In this document: in pieces, positions 53,675 through 63,791 of the stretch
Position numbering within the stretch: position 1 is the first letter of the stretch
Layout of the letters: the number at the start of each line of letters is the position of its first letter
Program-made: the position numbers and the translations under genes
Virus record (IMG/VR): IMGVR_UViG_3300032242_001655
Span: 32,079 to 96,078 of that record
Strand: one strand, 5' to 3'
Length of the DNA stretch: 64,000 bases
Source: a virus
Notes under the pieces: generated by a model
The model's input: the letters and a program-made list of their open reading frames with translations, nothing else
What the model was told of the DNA's origin: nothing
Databases searched by the model: none

Positions 53675-54382
53675 ATGAACTACGAACGAAGAATAGAATT
53701 AATTCACTTACTACTACAAAGAACACAAGGAAAAATATACCAAGGACCTTTCCAGGGTATGAAGATATTGCCTAAATGGTCTTGGGGAGATGGTGATCTT
53801 GGAGGCAAGATTTTAGGCATTTACGAATGCGAACTTGCACCTTATATTGAACAGGTTATTGCTAGTAAACCCGATGTTACTCTAAACATAGGATGTGCCG
53901 AAGGTTATTACGGAATTGGAATGGCTCTTAGAACCGGAGCACTTTCTGCACTATTTGATGTGTCTGATTCTGCAATAAGCATTGCTAGAGAAAATGCTTA
54001 TGTCAACGGAGTAAACAAGATACATTTTAGTAATGACTGTACCGTTGAACATTATAGAAGTTACCTTACTGACGCAAAAAACCCTTTTATCTTTATGGAT
54101 TGTGAGGGTGCTGAAATCGATATATTAGATTTTAATTTAATACCTGAGTTAGCAAAGACCACGGTGTTGGTTGAATCTCATGACTGTATTAGGCATGACA
54201 TCAGTTACAATTTGATCACAAGATTCCAACCCACACACGATTTTAAAATTATTCCGCAAGGTGCTAAGAATCCATACATGGATATCACTGTAGACCTTTC
54301 TGACTGGGACAAAATGTTATTGACATGTGAGTTTAGACCAAGTACAATGAATTGGTTGTTCATGACTCCTAAGACTAATTAA
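53675..54382 (+). CDS. SAM-dependent methyltransferase-like protein
   Basis: LGIYECEL, NIGCAEGYY, MDCEGAE and VESHD. Confidence 0.75.
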   Translation: MNYERRIELIHLLLQRTQGKIYQGPFQGMKILPKWSWGDGDLGGKILGIYECELAPYIEQVIASKPDVTLNIGCAEGYYGIGMALRTGALSALFDVSDSAISIARENAYVNGVNKIHFSNDCTVEHYRSYLTDAKNPFIFMDCEGAEIDILDFNLIPELAKTTVLVESHDCIRHDISYNLITRFQPTHDFKIIPQGAKNPYMDITVDLSDWDKMLLTCEFRPSTMNWLFMTPKTN

Positions 54383-54401
54383 GTACTCAGTTAAATATAC
54401 A

Positions 54402-55025
54402 ATGTTAAAAAATATCTGTGATGTTTTAAAAGAAGCCTACAAAAGAGGTTGGATATCTACCAGAGACGGCAATGCATCTTACTATGATCAAACTAATCTT
54501 TGGATTACTCCAAGTGGATTAAGGAAGTATGATTTACATCCCGACCAACTGGTTCAATTAGAGTTTACTGAAGAGGAAGAAACTCAGATTAAAGGCGATA
54601 TTAGAATGCCCTGGGAACATGTTAACATTGTCAATAGACATGGATACAATCCTAGTAGTGAACTTCCATTTCATTATCTAATACAAAAAGCCGCAACTGC
54701 ACCGCAATGTGTATTGCATCTACATCCAACCTATACTGTGTCTGCTATGTACTCCGGCTTAGATTTACAATATGTAGCACAGGAATTTGCAGAAATAAAT
54801 CGATATACTCGAGTAGGTCCTAGTGTGCATCAACCTCCAGGTAGTGCCGCACTGGCATTAGATGTAGAAACCGCATTTGATTTAAAGTCAGGAAGACTGA
54901 TTTACGATATTATAGGTTTAGATAGGCATGGCGTTATTGCTATTGCTCCAACTATAGAAGAAGCGTTTGAGCATGTTGAAAGGCTCGAACATGTATGTAA
55001 AATTATTTTAGGTGCTAATTTATGA
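54402..55025 (+). CDS. class II aldolase/adducin-family protein
   Basis: DGNAS, ITPSG, PSSELPFH, LHLHP and HGVIA. Confidence 0.88.
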   Translation: MLKNICDVLKEAYKRGWISTRDGNASYYDQTNLWITPSGLRKYDLHPDQLVQLEFTEEEETQIKGDIRMPWEHVNIVNRHGYNPSSELPFHYLIQKAATAPQCVLHLHPTYTVSAMYSGLDLQYVAQEFAEINRYTRVGPSVHQPPGSAALALDVETAFDLKSGRLIYDIIGLDRHGVIAIAPTIEEAFEHVERLEHVCKIILGANL

Positions 55026-55882
55026 GAAAAATTTATGACTGCTTTACGTTCTATAACGAACTTGATTTGTTAGAACTGCGACTTGAAGAACATTATGACT
55101 ATGTTGATTATTTTGTAATTGCCGAGGCAAACAAAACACACCAAGGTAGAGATAAAATCTATTACCTAGAAGAAAATTGGGATAGGTACGCCAAGTATCA
55201 CGACAAGATCATTCACATTAAAGTAGACGATATGCCTACAAATGATAATGCCTGGGTGCTCGAAAACTATCAACGTAATGCCTTGGCCAAAGGTTATGTA
55301 GATGCAGATGAAGATGATATCATTGTTATTTCCGACCTCGATGAAGTTATGCGAGCAGAAACATTCGAATTAATGCGTGAAGACACAGAGCATACAGTAT
55401 TCATTTGTCGTTGTCCATTATTCTACTTTAAGGTAAACTATATCATGGTTAAGCCAAAATCTTATTGGGTTAACGGTATGGCTATGCCTAAGAAGTATAT
55501 GACCAGCCCACAAGACCTTAGAAATTTAACTCACTGGGCATCAGCACAACCAGAAGACCTTGTCACAGATAAGGTAATGACAATTCAACACGCAGGTTGG
55601 CATTTTACCTATTTGGGTAATACAGATCACGCAAAAAATAAAATTGTAAACTTTGCTCATCAAGAATCAAACCATCTTGCCGACACAATGGATGTAGAAG
55701 CATTCATGAAACTTAAAAAAGGTATTGATCCAAACAATCCTAATGAAAGTTTTGAAATTGTTGAATTAGATGATTACTTCCCCGAAACTATTGTTAACAA
55801 TCTAGAACGTTGGAAAGACTACATAGCCACAGGAGAAGGAATGAGTATTAAGAACTTTGTACCAGATTGGGAAACAGCATGA
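55022..55882 (+). CDS. GT17-family glycosyltransferase
   Basis: [30 protein letters not shown] and AGWHFTY. Confidence 0.88.
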   Translation: MRKIYDCFTFYNELDLLELRLEEHYDYVDYFVIAEANKTHQGRDKIYYLEENWDRYAKYHDKIIHIKVDDMPTNDNAWVLENYQRNALAKGYVDADEDDIIVISDLDEVMRAETFELMREDTEHTVFICRCPLFYFKVNYIMVKPKSYWVNGMAMPKKYMTSPQDLRNLTHWASAQPEDLVTDKVMTIQHAGWHFTYLGNTDHAKNKIVNFAHQESNHLADTMDVEAFMKLKKGIDPNNPNESFEIVELDDYFPETIVNNLERWKDYIATGEGMSIKNFVPDWETA

Positions 55883-57036
55883 CACAAAAATTTAGATTTC
55901 ACATATTGGGCTTGCCCCACACCGTTTCAAGCAAAGAGTTCAATGCCTGTGCTTATACCCAAAAGGTAGTTAAGTTTGGAAAGATGATGAAGGCATTAGG
56001 ACACTATGTTATTCATTATGGACACGAGGACAGTGATTTAGAATGTGACGAGCACGTTACAGTATTAACTAACGAAGACTTTCAGATCAGTTACGGTGAT
56101 CACGATTGGCGCAAGAACTTCTTTAAATTTGACATGAACGATCATGCTTATCAAACTTTCTTTGCTAATGCAATTCGCGAAGTAGGAAAGCGTAAGCAAA
56201 AGAATGATTTCATTCTTCCATTCTGGGGATCAGGTGTTCGTCCTATTTGCGATGCTCACCAAGACGATATGATTGTTGTTGAGCCAGGTATTGGCTATGC
56301 AGGTGGTCATTGGGCACGTTGGAAGATTTTTGAATCATATGCTATCTATCATGCCTACTACGGACTTGAAGCAGTAGGATCTTGTAAACAAGATTGGTAT
56401 GATGCTGTTATTCCAAACTACTTTGATCTCGACGATTTTGAATTTAATCCTGCTGAAAAAGAAGACTACTTCCTTTACCTAGGTCGTGTTTATGGCGGTA
56501 AGGGAACCAATGTTGCTATTGAAGTTACCAAGTCTTTGAATGTACCTTTGAAGATTGCAGGGCAGAATAATTTAAAAGAAATGGGATACGACAAGACACC
56601 CGATCATGTGGAGTTCATCGGATATGCCGATGTGCCTACTCGTAAGCGTCTAATGAGTCGTGCCAAAGGTGCGTTTGCTCCTAGTATGTACGTCGAACCA
56701 TTCGGTGGTGTGCAAATTGAAATGTTGTTAAGTGGTACTCCTACTATTACAACAGACTGGGGATCATTCAGCGAAAACAATGTACACGGTGTTACAGGAT
56801 ATCGTTGCCGTACATTTGATCAGTTCCAGTGGGCGGCTCAAAATATCGACAAGATCAATCCACAAGATTGCCGAGACTTTGCTGTTCGCAATTTTAGTTT
56901 AGAACGTGTGGGTAAGATGTACGAAGAATATTTCCAAACTGTCTATGATGTTTATACCGGCAATGGTTGGTATCAGCCTCATCCAGAGCGTGAAAATCTT
57001 GACTGGTTACGCAAATACTACCCACCAATGAACTAA
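55879..57036 (+). CDS. GT4 glycosyltransferase
   Basis: YLGRV...KG and EPFGGVQIE...SGTP. Confidence 0.85.
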   Translation: MTQKFRFHILGLPHTVSSKEFNACAYTQKVVKFGKMMKALGHYVIHYGHEDSDLECDEHVTVLTNEDFQISYGDHDWRKNFFKFDMNDHAYQTFFANAIREVGKRKQKNDFILPFWGSGVRPICDAHQDDMIVVEPGIGYAGGHWARWKIFESYAIYHAYYGLEAVGSCKQDWYDAVIPNYFDLDDFEFNPAEKEDYFLYLGRVYGGKGTNVAIEVTKSLNVPLKIAGQNNLKEMGYDKTPDHVEFIGYADVPTRKRLMSRAKGAFAPSMYVEPFGGVQIEMLLSGTPTITTDWGSFSENNVHGVTGYRCRTFDQFQWAAQNIDKINPQDCRDFAVRNFSLERVGKMYEEYFQTVYDVYTGNGWYQPHPERENLDWLRKYYPPMN

Positions 57037-57037
57037 T

Positions 57038-57982
57038 ATGAAAAGAAAACGCATTGTATTTTACTTTGAACCCAATTGGGCATTTGGTGTAGTTCATTAC
57101 GAACTGTGCAAGTATCTTTGGGAACGAGGTTTTGATTGCCACTTACTTCCCTGGAATAAAAGTTACACCAGAGAAGAGATGTGGGAATTAAATGATTCTA
57201 CAGATTTGTTTGTAACCACACCGCATGGATGGCGTTTCTTAGGCTATGACTATCAAACAGTCAAACCAGAACAATGTGTGATTATCAGTCATGCCAAACT
57301 AGACATGACCGAACTTATCCATTATCACGGTATGGAAGACTTTAACAAGTTTTACAAATACGGTGCTGTAAGTAATTGGTTAATTGATGTGGGTAAAGAA
57401 TTAGGTATTACCCGAGAAGCACAATTATGCCCTGTGGCTATTAATACCAATGCGTTCTATAACGAACCAAGTCAATATCTTAAAAGTGTAGGCTATACAG
57501 GATCATTCCATCAAAAGGATGAGTTTCCTCCAGAAGATGTAGCAGGCCAACTAGCACAGCCTAAGTATCATAAGCGTGGTTGGTTGGTTAAAAAAGCAGT
57601 AGAAGCCGCTGGTTTAGAGTTTAAGGTTGCTCAACCTTACCATAATTCATACATCACAATGCCTGGATTCTATAAAAATATTGATGCAGTTATATCTGCT
57701 AGCACAGAGGAAGGTGCCGGACTACCGGTTTTGGAAGGCGGAGCCGCTGGTAAATTGGTAATCGGTACACCTGTTGGACACTGGAACGAACGGATTGGAA
57801 CACAGGGAGGAGATAGTGTACCTATTCCTGAGGAGGAATTTTTCCAAAAAACGGTAGAATTACTTCTTTATTACAAATATAATCCTGTAAAATATAGAGA
57901 ACGCTGTGCAGAAATACAAGCACATGCCCAAGGATACGATTGGGAACATGTAATAGATAGTTGGGTAAACATACTAACGTAA
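57038..57982 (+). CDS. GT-B glycosyltransferase
   Basis: EGAGLPVLEGGAAGKLVIGTPVG. Confidence 0.78.
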   Translation: MKRKRIVFYFEPNWAFGVVHYELCKYLWERGFDCHLLPWNKSYTREEMWELNDSTDLFVTTPHGWRFLGYDYQTVKPEQCVIISHAKLDMTELIHYHGMEDFNKFYKYGAVSNWLIDVGKELGITREAQLCPVAINTNAFYNEPSQYLKSVGYTGSFHQKDEFPPEDVAGQLAQPKYHKRGWLVKKAVEAAGLEFKVAQPYHNSYITMPGFYKNIDAVISASTEEGAGLPVLEGGAAGKLVIGTPVGHWNERIGTQGGDSVPIPEEEFFQKTVELLLYYKYNPVKYRERCAEIQAHAQGYDWEHVIDSWVNILT

Positions 57983-58042
57983 ATTAAATACCTATATAAC
58001 CATGTTCCGATCACAGTAAATAACATAACACTGAGGTGAAAC

Positions 58043-58774
58043 ATGGTTGGTATAAAAAACTATGATTGGTCTACGTTAGATAGAAGTCTCATTAGAGAAA
58101 TGATAACTGCTTCGGCATCAAATATTGTAAGTTGTCCACTTACTCCTCACTCTTTCACTAAAAAAATACGAGATACTTTTAGGTACTTTGAAGTACCTGT
58201 TAAGGTCATTATGACCAAAAACAAAGAAGTAAAAAAGGATGCTGTATGGGTTGGCGGACTGTACGACAGTATTAAAGATAAGAAGAATAATAAATTCATT
58301 ACTATAGGTCTAAACTACAATCCTAAACAAAAACAAGTTAAACTAAGTAATCGTGGGTTTAACGGATTGGCTATAAATGTTGCCGATACACTACTACATG
58401 AAATTATTCACACACGACAATATCGTCGTAGAAACTTCAAAGATATTCCAGGATACGAAAGTACCGCAGAATTAGGCAAACAACGCAGAGATCAAGTCTA
58501 CTACGGTCATGATGACGAGATAGATGCGTATGCGTTTAATATTGCCTGTTACCTAAATGATCGTTTCAAGGGAGATAAGAAACAAATCGTCCAGTATCTG
58601 AACAGCGATCTCAGAGACCGCCGATTAAAGAAGAATGCCTATAGAACGTATTTGGCCACTTTTGATCACGATCACAATCACAGAGTTATTAAAAAACTCA
58701 AAAAGAAAGTGATATACTATTTGCCATATACCGAAATAGGAAAACCGTATAAGACAGCAGATTGGTTAAAATGA
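58043..58774 (+). CDS. HExxH zincin-like protein
   Basis: HEIIHTRQ...DEIDAYA. Confidence 0.65.
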   Translation: MVGIKNYDWSTLDRSLIREMITASASNIVSCPLTPHSFTKKIRDTFRYFEVPVKVIMTKNKEVKKDAVWVGGLYDSIKDKKNNKFITIGLNYNPKQKQVKLSNRGFNGLAINVADTLLHEIIHTRQYRRRNFKDIPGYESTAELGKQRRDQVYYGHDDEIDAYAFNIACYLNDRFKGDKKQIVQYLNSDLRDRRLKKNAYRTYLATFDHDHNHRVIKKLKKKVIYYLPYTEIGKPYKTADWLK

Positions 58775-59478
58775 AAAGAAAAATAAAAAAATTTAATTGC
58801 TCTCCTAAATTAAACAAGCCGGTAATTGTACCAACTAGAAATGATGTGCTTCCAATTATGGAAGAACTTCGCAAAGACATAGTGAACCAACTTATTCCCA
58901 TTGATGATTTTATTGAACATCTGGGGGTGTTTATCGGCCAGAGATTTAATATCACAGTCAAACACGTTTCAAGTCCACAAGTTGACGAAAATGATTTGGG
59001 CTTCAGCAGTTTCTATGACGGCGGGTTAGATGAAAATAACGAAGTTCCAATCGAAATTTACCTTGTGACCAATCCGGTTAATGAAGTTATGATTATGGAT
59101 ACAGAAACATTTGATCGTATGATTCGAAATCTTGCTGACAATTTAGCACATGAAATGATTCACATGTACCAATATCGTACTAGAGATTTTTGGGAACCAG
59201 GCCCAATTTATGTGCCAGATGATTGTACAGAAGAAGAAGAAAATTTAATTTATCTAAGTGATCCAGATGAGATCGGTGCTTATGCTCACAACATTGCCTG
59301 CGAACTATTGGAGCACGGTGATGTAGATGTTGTTAAAGAAAAACTCAAAGAAGTCAAAAAGATCACAGTTAAAGACAGTGTGAACCTTTGGGCTTATGTA
59401 CAGACATTTCAGGAGTATCCGAACCATCCTGTGATGAAAAAATTATTAAAGAAAGTTTACCAGAATCTATCAAAATAA
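58771..59478 (+). CDS. HExxH zincin-like protein (paralog)
   Basis: HEMIHMYQ...DEIGAYA. Confidence 0.65.
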   Translation: MKRKIKKFNCSPKLNKPVIVPTRNDVLPIMEELRKDIVNQLIPIDDFIEHLGVFIGQRFNITVKHVSSPQVDENDLGFSSFYDGGLDENNEVPIEIYLVTNPVNEVMIMDTETFDRMIRNLADNLAHEMIHMYQYRTRDFWEPGPIYVPDDCTEEEENLIYLSDPDEIGAYAHNIACELLEHGDVDVVKEKLKEVKKITVKDSVNLWAYVQTFQEYPNHPVMKKLLKKVYQNLSK

Positions 59479-59514
59479 CTTGACACAGCAGAGGTAATGT
59501 TATATACTAAGAGT

Positions 59515-59745
59515 ATGAACATTACTTCTTGTCAAAGCCAAATTCGAACTATCAGACCCGGTGATAAAAATTTTACCATCACAGACGGGTTAGTAGTAAC
59601 TAATCGAGCAGGATTTGAAGTTGGAACTAATTGTCCAAAAGAATACAGAAGTGTTTTGACCATGGCATTAAATGCTGGTTGGATTAAACCTATAGCCTAT
59701 GTTACAGAACGAGAAATGTTATTCATGGGCCTAACCAATAATTAA
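59515..59745 (+). CDS. hypothetical protein
   Basis: TTGACA...TATACT promoter directly upstream. Confidence 0.6.
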   Translation: MNITSCQSQIRTIRPGDKNFTITDGLVVTNRAGFEVGTNCPKEYRSVLTMALNAGWIKPIAYVTEREMLFMGLTNN

Positions 59746-59798
59746 TAAACTGATCATATAATTAAGATAATTAAAAGAATAAACTCACAAAGGAAGTT

Positions 59799-60524
59799 AT
59801 GAAAGTCAAACCAAAGTTTAATGTGAAGCCAGCGCAAGCCCGCCCTGCTCAACCAACTACAACACCACAGACCTTTAACCCACAAGCACAAGGTGGTAAG
59901 GCTCCAAGCATCATGATTGCTGTTCCAGCAATGGAAATGGTCAATGCTGAATTTGCTCAACATCTTGCTATGTCGGCGGCTAATATGGTTGCTAATGGTA
60001 TCAAGATCAATTGTGCTTTTAACATTGGATCAGTTATTACAATCGCTCGACGCAATCTTGTTGACATCTTTATGAAGTCAGACTTTGATTACATCTGGTG
60101 GGTTGATAGCGATATGAAATTCCCAATTGATGCTCCACTACGATTGCTGAAACGTGGTAAAGCAATCATCGGTGCTAACTATCGTAGACGTCGTTTTCCT
60201 AATCCTAACTTTACAGGTATGATGGGCAAAGCCGGTACATACTCAGAATTCCAAACAACTGATCAAAGTCCTCCATTGGAATTGATCGATGTTTTACCAC
60301 ACGGAATGGTTCTTTGCCATCGTTCTGTGTATGAAAAGATTCCTCACCCACACTACTTGCAAGAGTACATTCCAGAGTTAAATTTGGAAATCGGTGAAGA
60401 CATATACTTCTGTCAGCAAGCCCAAAAGGCAGGGTTCGAAGTTTGGTGCGATCAAGAACTTAGCAGAGAAGTATCGCACATTGGTATTTTCCACTTTAAT
60501 TACAACTTATCTGTTCCACAGTAA
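59799..60524 (+). CDS. GT-A (GT2-like) glycosyltransferase-fold protein
   Basis: ARRNLV, WVDSDM (DxD), GEDIYFC and HIG. Confidence 0.75.
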   Translation: MKVKPKFNVKPAQARPAQPTTTPQTFNPQAQGGKAPSIMIAVPAMEMVNAEFAQHLAMSAANMVANGIKINCAFNIGSVITIARRNLVDIFMKSDFDYIWWVDSDMKFPIDAPLRLLKRGKAIIGANYRRRRFPNPNFTGMMGKAGTYSEFQTTDQSPPLELIDVLPHGMVLCHRSVYEKIPHPHYLQEYIPELNLEIGEDIYFCQQAQKAGFEVWCDQELSREVSHIGIFHFNYNLSVPQ

Positions 60525-60540
60525 ACACACAGGAGGACCT

Positions 60541-60693
60541 ATGGTCTTTGAAGCAATTGAATTACGTCAAGTAAAAAACGGTATCATTGTAGTGCTACGC
60601 ACTGAAGATGATGAAAGTGAATATGTATTTGACACATCCAGGAAAGCCCTGAAATTTGTCAAAGAATTGCTTGAGGCCAAGACTCCACAATGA
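60541..60693 (+). CDS. small hypothetical protein (50 aa)
   Basis: AGGAGG RBS. Confidence 0.65.
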   Translation: MVFEAIELRQVKNGIIVVLRTEDDESEYVFDTSRKALKFVKELLEAKTPQ

Positions 60694-61694
60694 ACGTGTT
60701 AGTAACCGGCGGCAGTGGCTACGTTGGTAGCCATGTCGCAAAAATGTTGTATGAACAGGGTCATACTCCTGTTGTCTACGACTTACAGGCAAAACTGCGT
60801 CCGTGGGCTAACCTGCATTGGGAAGCCATTTCGGCAGATATCAATAAAAAATATTCCCTAGAAAGAGCATTTGAAGAGCATAAATTCGATGCTGTTATTC
60901 ATCTTGCGGCTTCAAGTGAAGTAGGTGCCAGTGTTAGCGACCCACTTCGATATTATCAAAACAATGTCTCTGGTTCTGCCACTGTTTTAGAAACCTGTGT
61001 CAAATACGGTGTAAATAAGTTTGTGTTTAGTAGCACCAGTAGCGTCTACGGTGAAGTTCATCCTGATAAACTGCCCACACGTGAATACTATCCAAAGGCT
61101 CCCACAACCAGTTATGGTTCCAGCAAGTTAGCAGTAGAAAACATGCTGAGAGATGTGGATGTAGCACACGGTATTCGAAGTGTAAGTCTACGCTACTTTA
61201 ACGCCAGTGGTGCGGCGCCTGATGGCTCAATCGGCGAGTTTAGAAAAAATCCTACACATCTTATTCCCAGTCTTCAAAATATCATAGACGGAAGACAGAG
61301 AGAGTTTGTGATCAACGGAGGAGATTATCCTACAGAAGATGGTACCACAGTTAGAGATTACACACACATTTGGGACATTGCTCGAGCACATATCAAAGCA
61401 CTCAAATACTTAGATGCAGGCGGCACAACTGACTATATCAATATTGGAGCAGGTGAAGGCAAGAGTGTTATCCGTATGATGAGCGAGTTTTTAGATCAGG
61501 CCAAGGTAGGTATGTTTCCTTGGCGAATTGGCCCAAGACGGGCAGGCGATATTCCTATCAATTACGCAGACATCAGTCGTGCCAAGGCTGTGTTAGGATG
61601 GGAACCAGAGATAAGCACAGCGTCTGAGATTGTGAAAGACGCATTGAATTGGTATAGAGGTGATCTATACAAGGAACTAAGAAATGAAGAATGA
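60690..61694 (+). CDS. galE: UDP-glucose 4-epimerase
   Basis: TGGSGYVGSH, YGSSK, LRYFNASGA, DGTTVRDY and RRAGD. Confidence 0.93.
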   Translation: MNVLVTGGSGYVGSHVAKMLYEQGHTPVVYDLQAKLRPWANLHWEAISADINKKYSLERAFEEHKFDAVIHLAASSEVGASVSDPLRYYQNNVSGSATVLETCVKYGVNKFVFSSTSSVYGEVHPDKLPTREYYPKAPTTSYGSSKLAVENMLRDVDVAHGIRSVSLRYFNASGAAPDGSIGEFRKNPTHLIPSLQNIIDGRQREFVINGGDYPTEDGTTVRDYTHIWDIARAHIKALKYLDAGGTTDYINIGAGEGKSVIRMMSEFLDQAKVGMFPWRIGPRRAGDIPINYADISRAKAVLGWEPEISTASEIVKDALNWYRGDLYKELRNEE

Positions 61695-62157
61695 ATACAA
61701 CATAAAAGATCAAGTGTGGATTCACTTGGGCGAGCGCAATCTCGTTGAAGGTAGAGTGGTAGATATTATCACTCTTGAACATCTGAAAGAAGGCCACAAG
61801 ATTCAAGACCTTTACATAATTGAAATCGAAACAGGCATAGACGATATCTATGAAGTCCGAACTTTTGATATGATCAGTCCTGACCCCAGGGGTCCTATCA
61901 TGGCATTCCGCAAGTTGGAAGATGCTGTAGAAAACAATAGGCTGTTGAAGAAGTTAGGAATGCCTATTCCATTAGTAGGAACAACACTTGAAGAAGCCCT
62001 GGCTTCAGATGAAGAAGAAGATGAAGTCAGTCCAGATCAAATACATGCGGCAATGGAACGTAGAATGAAGGACGCAGAAATTCCTGCTATTATGCCTACC
62101 GCAAGTCCTAAACCAAAACGTAAATTTTATAAACGCAAATCAAAGAAGGTAGTATGA
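61684..62157 (+). CDS. hypothetical protein
   Basis: ORF in a coupled run of genes. Confidence 0.65.
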   Translation: MKNEYNIKDQVWIHLGERNLVEGRVVDIITLEHLKEGHKIQDLYIIEIETGIDDIYEVRTFDMISPDPRGPIMAFRKLEDAVENNRLLKKLGMPIPLVGTTLEEALASDEEEDEVSPDQIHAAMERRMKDAEIPAIMPTASPKPKRKFYKRKSKKVV

Positions 62158-62441
62158 CTACACTCAATGATGTAATGAGAACTTGGGCAATGGACCATCC
62201 TGTAGAAACTGTAACACCTCATTTAATCAAACGCAAGAACAATTGGTGTGTTCAATTTGTAGCAGAACGTCCGGATCCTGAAGTCTTTTATAAATCGGCT
62301 CTCGATGAACACATTGCCTGGGTTGAACAAGAAGCACCTAAATGGTTAGGTACAAGACGGTTGGCTTGGGACATGTGGTACTTTGACGACAAGAGAACAG
62401 CCGAAAAGTTTATAACACTTTATCATTTGATCCATGGCTAA
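62154..62441 (+). CDS. hypothetical protein
   Basis: ORF with ATGA overlap. Confidence 0.65.
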   Translation: MTTLNDVMRTWAMDHPVETVTPHLIKRKNNWCVQFVAERPDPEVFYKSALDEHIAWVEQEAPKWLGTRRLAWDMWYFDDKRTAEKFITLYHLIHG

Positions 62442-62733
62442 AGTACAATACGCAGTAGACGACCAACAGTCTGTACGAGAAATACACAAAGTGGTTGTAC
62501 ACACTTTCAGAATGGGAGATGTAGAAGATCCGGATCTGTATGCGGCAGAGCCCATGTGGACATGGCAAGAAAGTGATGCGGGTAAGTTTGTAATGAAACA
62601 TGCCGAGGATCAACCCGAATGGCGTAGACAACCAGATGCGTTGACAATGGGCTATAAGTATGCTATAGTAGCAGAGTTAGAAAAGAAAAAACTTGCAGAA
62701 TTTTACCTACGTTTTGGGAAAGCAGAATTATGA
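62434..62733 (+). CDS. hypothetical protein
   Basis: ORF; GDVEDPDLYAAEP. Confidence 0.65.
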   Translation: MAKVQYAVDDQQSVREIHKVVVHTFRMGDVEDPDLYAAEPMWTWQESDAGKFVMKHAEDQPEWRRQPDALTMGYKYAIVAELEKKKLAEFYLRFGKAEL

Positions 62734-63557
62734 GAAGCACATATTGGTCATGTTCAAAATTTGCAGATTGGGTTCGCGGAACTCCTAAACTCAGTGCAGG
62801 CACCAGCGAACAATGGGATGAATGGCGCCAAAAGGCTCAAGGTTATAATCCCGTACGCTTTTGGATTGCTGAAGAAGCACTCGATGCTGTCCAAAACTTT
62901 ATTCATTATCCTACGGACAAATTAAATGATGTCAGATATTACATTAATAATCGTTGGGTCTCTCGTAGTCATAGCCTTACAGCGCATCCTCAAGATATTA
63001 AACCAGGACAATGGCAAGATGTTGGAAATCGGTTCCTTCCTTGTTTGTTTAATGAGCTTGTGGATTTTGTTGAAATAGAACAAGCCTGGCACTATGTAAT
63101 GTGGAACAGCGAGGAACAAAAGAAGTACAATGTTCCATGGTGGCGTAGTGGCTGGTTGCGTTGGCGCACCTGGCGCTGTCCAGAAGCCGGACTTGCCTAC
63201 TTAGACTGGGCAATGACTCTTACCAATAAAGAATTTATCGAAGAAGGCGAAAAAGAAGAGCCTACATATCAAGCCAAAGCCGCTCGAGAAATTAAAGAAC
63301 TTTACCTTTGGTGGACCACTACATATCGTAATCGTCCTGATCCATATGAAGTAAGTGGTTGGACTGCCTACTGTGAACTTAGCCGTTTACAAAATGGCGG
63401 CAAACTGAGTTGGGATGGTGCTAAGGATAGTAAAGAACTTGAACGAGCCAGCAAGTTGGCTCTTAAGGAACTTCGTAAAATAGAAGCCGCCTATGAGAAG
63501 GAAGATGAGCAAATGATGATTCGTTTAATCAAGATTAGACAATCACTTTGGACCTAA
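62730..63557 (+). CDS. Trp-rich conserved phage hypothetical protein
   Basis: Long ORF ending MMIRLIKIRQSLWT. Confidence 0.7.
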   Translation: MRSTYWSCSKFADWVRGTPKLSAGTSEQWDEWRQKAQGYNPVRFWIAEEALDAVQNFIHYPTDKLNDVRYYINNRWVSRSHSLTAHPQDIKPGQWQDVGNRFLPCLFNELVDFVEIEQAWHYVMWNSEEQKKYNVPWWRSGWLRWRTWRCPEAGLAYLDWAMTLTNKEFIEEGEKEEPTYQAKAAREIKELYLWWTTTYRNRPDPYEVSGWTAYCELSRLQNGGKLSWDGAKDSKELERASKLALKELRKIEAAYEKEDEQMMIRLIKIRQSLWT

Positions 63558-63566
63558 GGAGATCAT

Positions 63567-63791
63567 ATGAAGACAGCAAAAGAAATTGCAGACTCAGCAC
63601 TTGAACGTGCCAGACAATTACAAGAGTTTACTGTTGAACAGGAACTGCCCGAAGGCTTTCAGTTCTACGGTACTGTACCATTTGACATGATGATTCAAGA
63701 TGGTATTCTAAAAGCCAAGGTATATGCTATCAGCGAAGAAGAAGCACAGGGCATGTTGGCCGAATACTTAAAAAACGGCACTTCAATATGA
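63567..63791 (+). CDS. hypothetical protein
   Basis: AAGGAG RBS. Confidence 0.6.
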   Translation: MKTAKEIADSALERARQLQEFTVEQELPEGFQFYGTVPFDMMIQDGILKAKVYAISEEEAQGMLAEYLKNGTSI

